A DNA stretch of 64,000 nucleotides, taken from Octopus sinensis (Eukaryota). The stretch lies in assembly GCF_006345805.1 (NCBI RefSeq), contig NC_042997.1, forward strand, positions 155,310,001-155,374,000, read 5' to 3'. The position numbers and the translations under genes were made by a program. Positions 1 through 12,747 of this stretch are shown in pieces. The notes beneath the pieces are model-generated. The model searched no databases. It saw nothing but the letters and a program-made list of their open reading frames with translations, and was not told where the DNA came from. The first letter of the stretch is position 1; every line of letters begins with the position of its first letter.

Positions 1-36
1 TCATATTTTACATGGAGCAATTGACATGATACTTAC

Positions 37-166
37 AAATTTCTCCTTCATCGAGGATACCATTCAGAACAGGGCACAGATTACCGCAAGGGTTTTTGGG
101 GCTAAGCTGAAAATTTATCTGACCTTTTGCTTGAATTAGGATAATTAATGTTGACTTGATATCAAT
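37..166 (-). CDS. C6orf89: C6orf89/BRAP-like gene, coding exon 6 (IDIKSTLIILIQAKGQINFQLSPKNPCGNLCPVLNGILDEGEI); gene continues left of the window
   Basis: Minus-strand tttcag acceptor (AG at 168-167) and GTAAGT donor at 36. 130 nt open frame, phase 0 in. The L-x-P-x-x-x-C-x-x-x-C...GEI pattern recalls the C6orf89 C-terminus (LIPPFQCRRHC...PGDI). Confidence 0.75.
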
Positions 167-473
167 CTGAAATAGAAATTAAAATCAATATGATAAAACA
201 CAAAAATAAAACTAGATACATCGAATATATCAATGTGCTTTGAATTTGGCAGGTTCTAAGAGATTAAACTATAGAACTGTAGGGATATACATACACCATA
301 AATAAACAGAAGGTTTTTCTGATCATCTGGTTGTTTTTGCTTGGGTTTGCCTGACTCAATCGAGCCACCCATAACAATACTGCATAACATTCATTTAGTT
401 AGCAAGACAACATCCTTTATCTATCCAAAGTTGGTTGATGAAGGATTTTGCTGGATGGGTGAGCTATGTATAT

Positions 474-875
474 CCATGTCAGTGTCTCCATTAGCTGACC
501 AGAAGAGAATTAATGTATTCGAGCTTTGGTATTGGAGAAGACTTTTACGGATTCCATGGACAGTGAGGCTCACCAATGGAGAAGTTCTTAACCAGATCAG
601 GCCGAAACTGTCGCTAAAAGATAGGATCACCAAGCATAGATTGACATATTTTGATATTATGCGGAGAAAATCCCTAGAGAAGGACATCATGCTTGGAATG
701 GTCAGTGGCAAGAGAGGAAGAGGCCGACCAAGAACCCGCTGGCTCGACACCATCAAGAGTGATACCGGAATCGACATAGCCAATCTGAAAGAAGCAGCCC
801 AGGATAGAACTGGCTGGAGGACACTGATCCATCGAGTAACCGAGAGTCAACTTCGACTGAGTGGATAGATAGTAG
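474..875 (+). mobile_element. RTE-clade LINE 3' end fragment (5'-truncated) in intron 5 of the C6orf89-like gene
   Basis: ORF 341-868 contains FELWYWRRLLRIPW...RLTYF...MLGMVSGKRGRGRPRTRWLD...AAQDRTGWR, the typical post-RT C-terminus of RTE elements. Confidence 0.85.
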
Positions 876-1736
876 TCTCCATTAGAGAGTGTCATTAATG
901 AGTTGCTGCTTAGCTCTCCAGCAATGTCCTCCAAAAATGGATGAGTCTTTGTTAAATGAAATCATCAGTGACTGCAAGAAGACTACCATGCAGATTCCTC
1001 ATAATTAACTCATACATTATTGTTGTTTTTATTATTTATGGCTTTGTCAGAAGGCAGGAAGCACACTTTCTCAGTCATCCTCTTCTGCTAGTTCCTTCCA
1101 GGTGGATTGCTTGATCCTTCTACATTTAACAAGATTTTACAAAAATTCATTCATTTCAATATGTGAAGTTGTAATGTTTATGTTCCTACAGAACTGCTTT
1201 ATCATACCAAGTGACATGTGGTTGAGCTGATAGCATACTGGAGTGACAGTTGTAAAGTTGGTGGCTCATATTCCATCAGTGGTATGATAGTATGTCAGTG
1301 GCTTGGACACATGACTTACATTACATTATCTCGAAGTGGTGAAAACTGCAGAATGCTAAACCTCTTGAATGAGATGACAAGTAACTGGAGCAATGGTGAG
1401 ATGTACAAACCATTACCAGTATGGAAAAATGGATCTACAATATGGTTGATTACTGGCACTCAATCAGCTATAACAAGGAGAGTTCCAATTGATCTGATCA
1501 ACAGAACAGCCTATTTATGAATTTAACATGCAAGTGGTTGAACACTACCCTTAACATAATTCTCCAGAAGATTCAGCATAACAGAATGTGACAAGGCTGG
1601 CCCTTTGAAATACAGATATTACTCTGGACTGCAGAAATGTGAAATATGAAATAAAGCCAGGAATTGAACTCATGACATTATGATCATGAGACGAATACTC
1701 CTAAGCACTAAGCCATGTGCCTAAGGTTGATTACTG

Positions 1737-1944
1737 TATTATAATAATAATGAAATTATTGTATACAGTGCTCAGGTGCACCACAACTTGTCAGAAAGTG
1801 CGTATAAAGTATATGCAGTAATGTACAAATGTCTGGAAAGTGAACAATGTATGAGTCAAATACATGCTTGTGTGTGTATGGAGGGGAGAAAATCAAGTGT
1901 AGTGTTGGCTAATCTCAGAAAGCATGGAAGTTTTGAAGGATGCA
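1737..1944 (-). mobile_element. CR1-clade LINE 3' end/3'UTR fragment with (ATT)n tail
   Basis: Reverse complement of the 3' end of the CR1 at about 21510-21717. Confidence 0.85.
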
Positions 1945-1960
1945 AACGAACAGCACTTAC

Positions 1961-2099
1961 TGGTCTGAAAGTTGTACTTTTAAAACCTGATGATATGTAT
2001 ATCCAGTTAGTATCATCCATCTGGACAACTGGAGATAAAAAGTAAGGTCTTTTGTAATATTCACGGAACACTTTCGCTGCTGGCTTGAAACAATTTTCC
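1961..2099 (-). CDS. C6orf89: C6orf89/BRAP-like gene, coding exon 5 (W-ENCFKPAAKVFREYYKRPYFLSPVVQMDDTNWIYISSGFKSTTFRP)
   Basis: ctttcag acceptor (2101-2100) and GTAAGT donor (1960). 139 nt = 1 + 46 codons; completes the TG|G Trp split from exon 4. Confidence 0.8.
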
Positions 2100-2384
2100 C
2101 TGAAAGAAGAAACATATCTCATGATTGTGATTATGATGTTCATGATGATAGTATTGATAATGGATAAGAATAGAGAGGAAATTCAATTTCTAAAAGTTTT
2201 ATATATTATATGTACAGGCATGGCTGTGTGGTTATGAAGCTTGATTTGCTGATATGCTGCTTTGGGTTCAGTCCCACAGAATAGCACCTTGGACAAGTTT
2301 TCTACTATATCTCCAGGTCAACCAATGCCTTGTGAGTGAATTTGGTAGGTGGAAACTATGTGGAAACCCATCGTATATATTACT

Positions 2385-2769
2385 CTTTTACTTGTTTCAG
2401 TCATTTGACTGCGGCCATGCTGAAACACCGCCTTTAGTTGAGCAAATTGACCCCAGAACTTATTCTTTGTAAGCCTAGTACTTATTCTATCAGTCTCTTT
2501 TGCTGAGCTGCTAAGTTACAGTGACGTAAACACACCAGCATCTGTTGTCATGCAATGAGTGTGTGTGTATGAGGGGAGAAACACAGACACATAAACACAC
2601 ACACATATACATATATACAACAGGCTTCTTTCAGTTTCTGTCAACCAAATCCACTCACAAGGCTTTGGTCGGCCCGAGGCTATAGTAGAAGACACTTATC
2701 CAAGGTTCCATGCAGTGGGACTGAACCCGGAACCATGTGGTTGGTAAGCAAGCTACTTACCACGCAGTC
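2385..2769 (-). mobile_element. tRNA-derived SINE, ~390 bp family A; further copies at about 10024-10409(-), 40105-40447(-), 49130-49530(+), 51370-51770(+), 60080-60477(-)
   Basis: Shared head GGCTGTGTGGTAAG...GGTTCCGGGTTCAGTCCCACTGC with A/B-box-like motifs, internal (TA)/(TG) tract, and shared 3' part ...GCATGGCCGCAGTCAAATGACTGAAACAAGTAAAAG. Confidence 0.8.
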
Positions 2770-4212
2770 AATATACATGTGAGTGTGTGTGTGTTTTGTA
2801 TTTGTTCCCCCGTATTGGTTTGTTCACATCCCTGTAGCTTAATTTGGCAATAGAGGTTGAAAGAATAAGTAGTATACAAATTAAGAAAAATATAAATACT
2901 GGGGTTGGTTAGTTCAACAGAAACTCTTCACAATGGTCCTCAGCATGGCCACAGTTCAATGACAGAAATAAATAAAAGATAAAAGGATATCTTAACTTGA
3001 CTTTTTTTTTTTGATAAATGAAGAAATTTACAGGAAGTGAACATTATTTTGGGTTACATAACTTTCTTAGCCAGGACTAACAATTCATATTGCTGAAACT
3101 GAAGCCTGCATATTGCTAGCCTTTAACCATTATTTTTTTTAATGAAGAGCCCATTATCAATGATTAACAATAAGAAAAAAGAAAATATATTTCCATGTGA
3201 TAGGTTTTCTAAAGTAAATTGACAATTGATGAGTCAATGTTGATCTTTTGCCTCATGCAAAAGACATTCCATCTATGACCATCCCATTCTTTTAGGGGTA
3301 TCTAGAACAACATTATCTAATGTCTCTTTTGTTCTTTTTTTTTCTTTTAAGATGGTAGACTTATGAGTGAGAGTTGCTTGCTATTTCTAACAAGGAGAGT
3401 CACCATAAGGATACCCTCCTTATTGTTGTTATGACCATCACCATCACCTCTCCCCTCCTCCTCCTCCTCTAAAAATGTAATGATGACAGCAATACATATG
3501 AAGCTTAAATTCTATGATGAACAACAAGCTAAAATTGAAATTAAATTATGAATTAATGTGAAGATTTTTCATTGAAATTGTTGTTGTTCCAGGTTAATCC
3601 TAATAAAGCAAACCTTTGACACATGTGTAGTTAGCTGAACCTCCGGTCATAGTGTTCTCAATATATTATGTCTCCACATAGTTATAAATTAAACCATGCA
3701 ATCTAATGTACAGTAGCTTAATGTAAAAGATAGAGTGTGGCACTCTAAGCATACTGCTGTTTTCCTCACCAGTCACTGTATAATGCATGCCTGCTAGGTT
3801 GTTAGTAGTAGACCAGCAGCTGCCCATGCATACCAGTCTCCCCTCAACCAATGTTGTCCAAGGAAAAGGCAAAGGCTGATACAGCTTGGCACCAGGGACG
3901 TTGCAACTCATTTCTACAGCTGAGAGGACTGGAGCAATGTGAAATAAAGTGTCTTGCTCAAGAACACAATGCACAACCCGGGAATCAAACTTACAACCTG
4001 ATGATTGTAAGCCCAACATGCTAACCACTGAATCATGTGCCTTCACTTATATATGCATATATATATATACATACATACTTACTTACTTACATACATACAT
4101 ACACACACACACACCACACACACACACACACACATACGTACATAGAAAAAAATTAAAACTGAAGCAAATTAAATGTGAATAAACAAATGAATGAACATGA
4201 GAAATTAATTAC

Positions 4213-4349
4213 CAGTGAGCATAATAACCAGTGAGTTCTCCAGAAACAGCTTTTTTCAAGATGGTATGAGGATAAAGATACTGTTTTTTAAAGTTACTCC
4301 GAAAGGAACAAGGTTCATAGTCAACAAGAATTGGATGATTATGGTAAAG
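4213..4349 (-). CDS. C6orf89: C6orf89/BRAP-like gene, coding exon 4 (LYHNHPILVDYEPCSFRSNFKKQYLYPHTILKKAVSGELTGYYAH-W)
   Basis: Polypyrimidine tract plus tttcag acceptor (4351-4350) and GTAATT donor (4212). 137 nt = 45 codons + 2; phase matches both neighbouring exons. Confidence 0.75.
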
Positions 4350-5369
4350 CTGAAATGGAAAAGGAAATTTTCTGTTATTTTCTCTTCAGCTCTTTTAACC
4401 ATTTTAACATTATGAAGGAAAAAAAGGTACTTTTTTTTGTAAAAATTAAAACCAAGAATTTAAAGAAATGGGGTTAGTCTGCATGGGCAACAACCATTTT
4501 GTAAAGCTTTGCGAATTTTAATATAATCATCATCATTATCATCAGGGTTTTATGTCCATATTTTCTATACTGGTATAGGTTAGACAGATCTGCTCCATTA
4601 CAGTTGCAGCCCATCATTATGTGACATACACAACAAAGAAAACAATTTTTGATATTGTGCAGGGCATGTTTTTGGAAATTATTTATTATAGCTGGATGCC
4701 CTTCCTACAGTAATCTGGCACTGCATTAGAGGGCACTAAACAGTCCTCTCTACTCTATACATATACATAATTATACATAAACCTATATCTTCATCATTGT
4801 TTTAACACCCACTTTTCCATGCTTGCATGGGTATATATGATTATAGGCATAAGTCTGCCGATATCATTTAGAAGTTCATTTTGAAACCACTTGTTTCTTG
4901 ATTCAATATCACCAACCAACACACTGAGCAAGTGTCTTCTACAATAACCTTGAACTGATCAATACCTTGGTGAGTGGAATTTGGTAACTGGAAACTATGC
5001 GGAATCTTACTGTGTTCCATCATCATCATCATTTAATGTCTGCTTTCTATGCTGACATGGGTTGGATTGTTTAACTGGTAAGCCGGGGGAGCTGCACCAG
5101 GTTCCAATCTGATTTGGCAAGTTTCTACAGCTGGATGCCCTTCTTAATGCTAACTACTCTGAGAGTGAAGTGGGTGCTTTGTATGTGCCACGAGCACTGG
5201 TGCCATTGACATGACACTGGCCACAACTACAATCTCACTTGGTTTGACAGGTCTACACAAGCACAGTATATTGCCAAAGGTCTTAGTTACCTGTCACAGC
5301 CTCCATGAGGCCCAATGCTTGAACAATGCTTTTTACATGCTGTATATATATATATATATATATATATAT

Positions 5370-5680
5370 GCTTGAACAGAGACATGTAGATTTGTGCTGC
5401 ATCCAAGAAGTAAGGTGGAGAGGAGGTTCCTCTAGGTTCCTCACAGGCAAAGAACATAGGTACAAGATTTTCTGGGCCGAGAACACTGACGGGGTTGGGG
5501 GGTGTGGGTATACTTCTTGCAGAGAAATGGGTTGATATCAAGGTAGTCAGAGTCTGCAATAGAATACTTAAGATTAGATTAGTGCTTCATCATGGGTTAG
5601 CAACCATTATCTCGGCCTATGCCGCTCAGTCGGGGCTACCTGATGTACAGAAAGACCAATTTTATGACACCCTCTTGCTG
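5370..5680 (+). mobile_element. RTE-clade LINE AP-endonuclease fragment (frameshifted)
   Basis: VDLCCIQEVRWRG...YKIFW...GVGILLAEKW...RILKIRL...IISAYA.Q...KDQFYD are EEP/AP-endonuclease motifs, split across ORFs 5326-5535 and 5495-5731. Confidence 0.85.
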
Positions 5681-6299
5681 ACTAACAACCTAATATATAC
5701 ATATTGTTTAATCTACACCATATTAAAATAAGAACTAGTAACAATTTCTATTAAGACACATGGTTAAGCAGATTTTTATTTTCTGCCTTGTGTCTCCATG
5801 GCTCTTATTTTTAATGCAGTGTACATTAAATGAAATTTATCTCTCACTGAATGTATTATGTTCTTTGTTGAACCTACCTTAATGGAACGGTAGGGCATCC
5901 AGCCATAGAAACCAAGCCAAAACAGACTGGAGCCTGGTGCAGCTCTTACGTTTATCAGGTCCAGTCACATCATCTTACCCATGCTAGCATGGAAAATGGA
6001 CACTACATGATGATGACAATTTGTATGACTAACAATGATTGTGTGTATGTGTGTGTGTGTGTATACATGTGTGTGTGTGTGTATGCATGCATGCACAAAA
6101 CACGAAGTGTATTAAAAAAAAAACTAGCAAATATCCATAATGTGGGGAACTGATGGATTTTATAACTGTTTGCATGCAATAATGTTGTCTATATGAAGAA
6201 TTCTTAGAATTAATCTAAACTTTCGATTTTGACCTCTTCTTCCTTTCTTCCCTTATTTGAAGCATTAGGAATTATTGACAATCGGTACTACAGGTTTAA

Positions 6300-6716
6300 C
6301 CCTTTAGTGTTCAGATTATTCTATCAAATGTGATGTTTGTTTATCTATATTGTTTTGAATTAATCATGCATTATCTTGTAGTTTAGAGATTTCAATGATG
6401 TGATTTTTTAGTTTTAGAATGACATGGTAGGGCTGAGGTGAGAGGTGAGATCTGGTCAGTTTCAATATAAAACAGGTTAAATATTTTGGCCGGATATGGC
6501 CGGCATTTCAACCAGCCATATCCAGCCAAGATATTCTACCTGTTTTATTGTTCAAACTGGCTTGATTGAGCCTTTCACACCTACCCTACAATGTCATATG
6601 AAAAATAAAGAATCATATGATTGAAATCTCAAAGCTATGAGATAAAGCAGGATTAATTCAAAACAATCTGATTAAATAAGTATAATATTTTACAGAGTCA
6701 TCTGAATGCTAAAGGG
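6300..6716. mobile_element. piggyBac-type foldback MITE (417 bp) with TTAA target sites
   Basis: TTAA|CCCTTTAGTGTTCAGA ... TCTGAATGCTAAAGGG|TTAA (TIR 14/16 match). The internal halves are also inverted copies of each other. Confidence 0.85.
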
Positions 6717-6793
6717 TTAAGAAAACACAACTAAAAATATAAACAGGTGTTTGCATGTAAAGAATAAGGAATATATAGATATTTGAATGTAAC

Positions 6794-6949
6794 CTCTTCA
6801 AGTAGTTGTATAGAAAGGTTCTGGAATAATGAGCCTTCTTCAATGCCGTCTGAAACGATCAATGGTTTCTCAGAGTAAATGTACTTCTCGACAACTTCTT
6901 CTGCACTGATGTTTGTCACATGAGCAATTGGTTCAAAGTTTTCACAAAT
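6794..6949 (-). CDS. C6orf89: C6orf89/BRAP-like gene, coding exon 3 (ICENFEPIAHVTNISAEEVVEKYIYSEKPLIVSDGIEEGSLFQNLSIQLLEE)
   Basis: tatttcag acceptor (6951-6950); weak GAG|GTTACA donor at 6793. 156 nt = 52 codons, phase 0/0. Forms CxxC (DCG|ICE) with exon 2. Confidence 0.75.
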
Positions 6950-7625
6950 CTGAAATAGAATTTTAAATATATTATGGCAGGTTATTTTAAAGAAAGCAAG
7001 AGAAAAGACAGATGCTTTTGATCAGACTCTAAGGAGGAGGTGCCTGAGGAATCTACCCCTATGACCTTGGCAGGAAAAAGAGGGCAGAGAAAATAGATGG
7101 CCGTTCTAAAGAACTTTTAGCATATCTTTAATAACATAAAAATGACACTTTCAAAAACAAAAGTTTAGTAAACTTTTTAACATTTTAAAGATATTATTAG
7201 AGCAGTAAATATTTTAGAAAATATACAAGGTGATGGTATTTTGTAATGAGATAAAATCTACACAAGTAAAATACTAGGAATGATCTGATTGCCGCTGTTG
7301 CTTGTTCAAGTTGTTTAGATCCAAGCCAGCCTTGATTGAGCAGGCAATCTAGTCATGACCCTCATATCTTGTTTTCAGACACAGTCTAACTAGGACATCT
7401 TTATCCAATTTGTCTTTATTTTACTCAACTTAACTTTAAACACTTTAAAACTGAACACATCAAAGACCTAAGCTCAGGCAAATTGCTATCAAAATGATTA
7501 AACAGTTGTTATAAAAATGGTTTAAACAGACTGTTTCACCAAAATCCAGCTCTGACCAAGCAAACTATTGATCAAAGACGTTTCAGTCTTGACCATCCTG
7601 TCTGAGTCAATTCAATTACAACTAT

Positions 7626-7960
7626 AATGGCTCAGTGGTTAGAGCGTCGAGCTTACGATCGTGAGGTTGTGAGCTCGAATCCCGGACCGGGCTGCGTGTT
7701 GTGTTCTTGAGCAAGGCACTTTATTTCACGTTGCTCCAGTTCACTCAGCTGTAGAAATGAGTTGCGACGTCACTGGTGCCAAGCTGTATCGACCTTTGTC
7801 TTTCCCTTGGATAACACTGGTGGTGTGGAGAGGGGAGGCTGGTATGCATGGGCGACTGCTGGTCTTCCATAAAACAACCTTGCCCGGACTTGTGTCTAGG
7901 AGGGTAACTTTCTAGGTGCAATCCCATGGTCATTCATGACCAAAGGGGGTCTTTACCCTT
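7626..7960 (+). mobile_element. tRNA-derived SINE, family B; further copies at about 3740-4040(-), 8945-9235(-), 52195-52430(-)
   Basis: A box TGGCTCAGTGG, B box GCTCGAATCCC, central TTGAGCAAGGCACTT, and shared body ...CAGCTGTAGAAATGAGTTGC...GGTCTTCCATAAA. Confidence 0.8.
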
Positions 7961-8264
7961 TATATTCTTGAATGTGATCTTTTTCAAGAGAGTAAAGTTT
8001 AATTTGAGGAACATTTGGCCCCTATTTTTAACAGGTTGAGAAATCATTAAAAAGTCATCTTATTGGATTAAGTAGATAATCTAGTAGCAGATTTTTGACA
8101 GGTTGAGAAATCATTAAAAAAATTCATCTTATTGGATTAAGTAGATAATCTAGTAGCAGGTGTCATGATTGAAACTGGCATTTTTTGCCCCAATTTACTA
8201 AGAAAATGAGATTACCAAGGCATTTACTGCAAAAATAATTAAAATTATATTCTGGTTTACTTAC

Positions 8265-8363
8265 ACCACAATCTTCTTCTTTCAAGTCAACTCCATTGTA
8301 GTAAGGATTATTAAGTAGACATTCTTTATAAAACATTCTAGTCCAATCCCAAACTGGCAACAG
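8265..8363 (-). CDS. C6orf89: C6orf89/BRAP-like gene, coding exon 2 (LLPVWDWTRMFYKECLLNNPYYNGVDLKEEDCG)
   Basis: tgtttcag acceptor (8365-8364) and GTAAGT donor (8264). 99 nt, phase 0/0. The LPxWDWTxxYxxxCLxxNPxY motif recalls invertebrate C6orf89-like proteins. Confidence 0.8.
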
Positions 8364-9424
8364 CTGAAACAGATTAAAAAAGGGATAATAAAATGTTTGT
8401 TTATTTTTTTGTATGTATGTTTGTAAGTTTTTGTTTGTGTGTGTGGGTATATATATTTATGTATGTATGCATGTGCATACTTAAGTATATAAATGAAGGA
8501 ATGAATCATCATCACTTTAATGTCTCCTTTTCCATATCTACCATGGATTGGATGGAATTCTTTGAGGTTGAGTTTCTATGCCTAGATGCCTTTTTCTGTC
8601 ACTAATGCTCACCTATTTCTAAGTAAGGTAATATTTCCCAATGACCAGATATATTCTCAAGGAAGATTGAAAATGAATGACGCTGCTTATATGATAGTGA
8701 TACTTATTTGAAACTATTGGGCTATATGAAGACAAGGACGGACAGACAGACAGACAGATGGACACACACACACGCATATGAGGTACAGGTATGGCTCTGC
8801 AGTTAAGAAGTTTGCTTCCCAAATACATGATTTCAGATTCAGTAAGTTGTCTTTTACTTTAGCTGACCAAATCCACTCTTGTGAGTGGATTTGGAAAATG
8901 GAAACGAAAGGAAGCCTGTCATATGTGTGTGTAAAGGCTAAAAACCCCCTTTGGTCATGAATGACCATGGGACTGTACCCAGGAAGTTACCCACAGAAGC
9001 ACAAGTCCGGGCAAGATTGTTTATGGAAGACCAACAGTCGCCCAGGCATACCAGCCTCCCCTCTCCACGCCGCCACCAATGTTATCCAAGGGAAAGACAA
9101 AGGCAGATACAGCTCGGTACCATTGACATTGCAACTCATTTCTACAGCTGAGTGAAATGGAGCAACATGAAATAAACACAACACACAGCCTGGTCCAGGA
9201 ATCGAACTCACTACCTCATGATTGTGAGCCCGACGCTTTATTAAGTCATGTGCATGTGTGTAATACTCATCATTTTAACATTCATTTTCTCATACTTGCA
9301 TTGGTTAGGTGGAGTTTGTTGAAGCATATGGTCCAAAAGTGAAACCAGTAAAGACAGCAAAAAAGAAGATAAAATGTCATATGTGCAATTAAGAATAACT
9401 GCAGCTCACACACACACACACATA

Positions 9425-9985
9425 CAGGGTGGCCCTAAAATAGGTTTACAGCTATTCAACTATCTCTTTCGCATTCATATGTTAACAGTTTAGATCTTAA
9501 TTATAAAAAAAATATGAAACCATTATTCAGCAAGATGGAGCACCTCCACATTATGCGTTGATGGCACCTTAACCAAGTCTTTCCACAGCGTTGGTTTGGA
9601 AGACGGGGCAGCATCGAAAGGCCATCACATTCACCTGACCTGACACCAATGGATTTATTTTTGCGGGGTTTTGTAAAGAACAAGGTTTATGAGAAGAATC
9701 CCAAAACATTAAATGAATTAAAAGATTACATATCTGACGCATTCATTGAAATTGATGGAGATCGGAATTTGAGTTGCACTGTGAGTCAGAGTGTTCTGAA
9801 GAGGTTTGAAGAATGTTGCGATGTTGAAGGAGGACATTTTGAGCATCTGAGAGATTAAACATTGCCTGTTTAAGATGTGCATAAACAATATGATTTTAAA
9901 ATAGAAATTTAAATGTAATAAAATGTTTAAAAAGAAATTTAAAGTGCCTACGGGATAACAGTAAACCTACTTTTGGGCCACCCTG
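9425..9985 (+). mobile_element. Internally deleted Tc1/mariner-superfamily transposon (maT/rosa-like C-terminus) with TIRs and TA target duplication
   Basis: TA|CAGGGTGGCCCTAAAATAGGTTTAC ... GTAAACCTACTTTTGGGCCACCCTG|TA. Transposase remnant QQDGAPPHY / SPDLTPMDLFLRGFVKNKVY...GGHFEHL*. Confidence 0.9.
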
Positions 9986-11391
9986 TATATATATATATAT
10001 ATATCTTTTTCTCTTTTTTCTCATTTTACTTGTTTCAGTCATTTGGACTGCAGCCATGCTGGTGCACCGCCTTTAATCGAGCAACTCGACCCCGGGACTT
10101 ATTCTTTGTAAGCCCAGTACTTATTCTATTGGTCTCTTTTGCCGAACCGCTAAGTGACGGGGACATAAACACACCAGCATCGGTTGTCAAGCAATGCTAG
10201 GGGGACAAACACAGACACACAAACATACATATATATACATATATATGAGGGGCTTCTTTCAGTTTCCGTCTACCAAATCCACTCACAAGGCTTTGGTCGG
10301 CCTGAGGCTATAGTAGAAGACACTTGCGCAAGGTGCCACGCAATGGGACTGAACCCGGAACCATGTGGTTGGTAAACAAGCTACTTACCACACAGCCACT
10401 CCTGCGCCTTATATATATATATATATTATATATATATATAGTAATAACTTTTATTTTTTACTTGTTTCAGTTATTGGAATTCAACTATGCTAGGTCACTG
10501 CTTCAAAAGATTAATCAAATAAATCACTCCCAATACTATTTTCTTAAAGTTAGGTACTTATTCTATCAGTTTCATATGTTGAACTGCTAAGTTATGGCAC
10601 AGTGGGGAAGAGACACACAAAACCAAACACACATCCATATATGTATACACACACACACACACATGTAAGTATGTATGTAGGTACAGGTTTGGGTGTGTGG
10701 TAAGAAGTTTGCTTCTCAACCACATGGTTCCAAGTTCAGTCCCACTGCATGGCACCTTGGGTAAGTGTTTTCAACTATAGTCTCAGGCCAACCAAAGCAT
10801 TGTGAGTGCATGTGGTAGTCAGAAACTGAAAGAAGCCCATCACATATATGTGTGTGTGTATATAGACTGGAGCCTGGGGCAGCCTCCTGGCTTCCCAGAC
10901 CCCAGTCGAACCGTCCAACCCATCAACTCATAGCAGGGAAAACAGACGTTAAACGATGATGATGATATATATATATATATAAATACAAGATGGGACAAGA
11001 ACGCAAAACATCCAGATAGTTAGGTGATAGAAAAATGAGACAATAAAACATCATTCGAAGTTTTCTTTCCTCAGTTGAGTACCAGATTATCTTCGCAATT
11101 TCGGACAATTGACCAAGTAGCCACACAGTGGAACTGAACCTGAAACTATGTGGCTGGAAAGCAAACTTCTTACACATAGTTACACTTGTGTGTGTGTGTG
11201 TGTTTAATAATTTGTGAGTGACAATCCAAACATTAACATATCTATTCATTCTCAATATGTTCTGGCAAGTTCAGGTGTTGCTAGGTGATAATGAACATAA
11301 GGTGTTAACAATATCATTCAAGTAGCTGGGAATAATGACATATTTTGTTGGCTCCATGAGTAATAACTGAAGCAAACTCATGAACATTTAA

Positions 11392-11611
11392 CCCTTTCGG
11401 TACTTTATTTATTTTGAGATGCTCTATGTTTCTTTCAATTACTTTAAATATAACAAAGAGTTTAGTAAAATAATTTAGTTATCATGAAGCTAGTGTTAGC
11501 AACATAAACTGTGACTAAGGTTTGGTGGAATATTTTAATTCAAAACTTATGAAAACAAGACATTTGTACTCAGAGCCAGAGCCGGTTTCAGTTGGGTTGG
11601 TAACAAAAAGA
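11392..11611. mobile_element. piggyBac-type MITE (220 bp), TTAA-flanked
   Basis: TTAA|CCCTTTCGGTAC ... GGTAACAAAAAGA|TTAA. The TIR resembles the AGTAACGAAAGGG|TTAA end of the piggyBac remnant at 44233. Confidence 0.7.
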
Positions 11612-11855
11612 TTAACCAAACTATTTATTGTTAGATATAAAGATATTTGATGCTGGCTATTTACAATGAACAATATTAATAATTGCTGATTGGGATAGAG
11701 AGAAAAACGGCATCATATTTGTAGAAGCTATTTATGGGATATTGTGTGAATGGGTCTGTCGGAGAACCTAGAGTTGTCTGCGCAAATGCCTTGAACCGTT
11801 TGTGTGACAAGAGTGAGGATGCATGTCACTCATCTACCTTCAACACTCTGCAATT

Positions 11856-12157
11856 TTTGTTGTTTGTTCCTTCTCGAGCCACGCCTGGCTCATTAGGGCC
11901 GGTTTCCCGGTTTCCTTGGCGTATAGGATTCCCCACCTGGACAGGGGCACCAGACCGTCGCAGGTGAGCTGCAAGATGCAGGAGGAAAGAGCGAGAGAAA
12001 GTTGTGGCGAAAGAGTCAGCAGAAATTCGCCATTACCTTCTGCCACATGGAACTTAGGTGTTTTGCTCATAAACACACACATCGCCCAGTCTGAGATTCG
12101 AACCCGTGATCCCTTGACCGCGAGTCCGCTGCTCTAAACACTAGGCCATGTGCCTCC
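11856..12157 (-). mobile_element. tRNA-derived SINE, family C, with 13-bp target-site duplication
   Basis: TSD ACACTCTGCAATT at 11843-11855 and 12158-12170. A box TGGCCTAGTG, B box GGTTCGAATCT. Same family as 44849-45149. Confidence 0.9.
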
Positions 12158-12462
12158 ACACTCTGCAATTAGAAAAGCACCAAGATCATTCAAGAAAACC
12201 ATTCACACAACACCTTGGTGCTAATTGGTTGATTAATAGACTGATCATGTGAAGCTATGGTGGTTTGCTCATGGTGTCTGACCAAGTATCTAATGATTAG
12301 GTTTCGAATCACCTCTACACAGGCATAAAAATCAGATTGGAGTTGTTTTTTGTAATCAGGGAACATCTGAGACATTGCTATGGTTTGACCTCATTGTGTG
12401 TTTCCTCAGACTGAATGCACAATAAGGTTGAAACGCTGCAATATCTCAAAGTTTCCTTACAC

Positions 12463-12713
12463 TGGTGGTTCTCAACAATTTTCTGTTTTTGTCTATGGAC
12501 CTCTTTGATTCCTATTTTACTTGGACGGACTGCCATAGCCATTTGAGGTTTAAAATATCCTATTATATTTTTATAATTAGATATGATTAGAAATTGCATA
12601 AAAAATATTTGGTGTAATGTAGAAGGATGACCAATTTACTGCATATAAAATTTTAACAACAAAATCTTATATGGACCTCCAAGCGCCATATGGATCCTGG
12701 TTGAAAACCACTG
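12463..12713. mobile_element. hAT (Charlie/MER5-like) MITE
   Basis: Ends GTGGTTCTCAAC ... GTTGAAAACCACTG. Confidence 0.6.
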
Positions 12714-12747
12714 CTTTAGACAATGTGTGTTCATAACACATGCAATA

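Noticed and set aside
7626-7700. tRNA-like A/B boxes (also at 12090-12157, 44849-44915, 46760-46830)
   Set aside because: These are SINE heads continuing into SINE bodies; no complete cloverleaf.
8031-8158. ~60-bp direct duplication just downstream of C6orf89-like exon 2
   Set aside because: A simple local intronic tandem duplication with no coding or structural signal.
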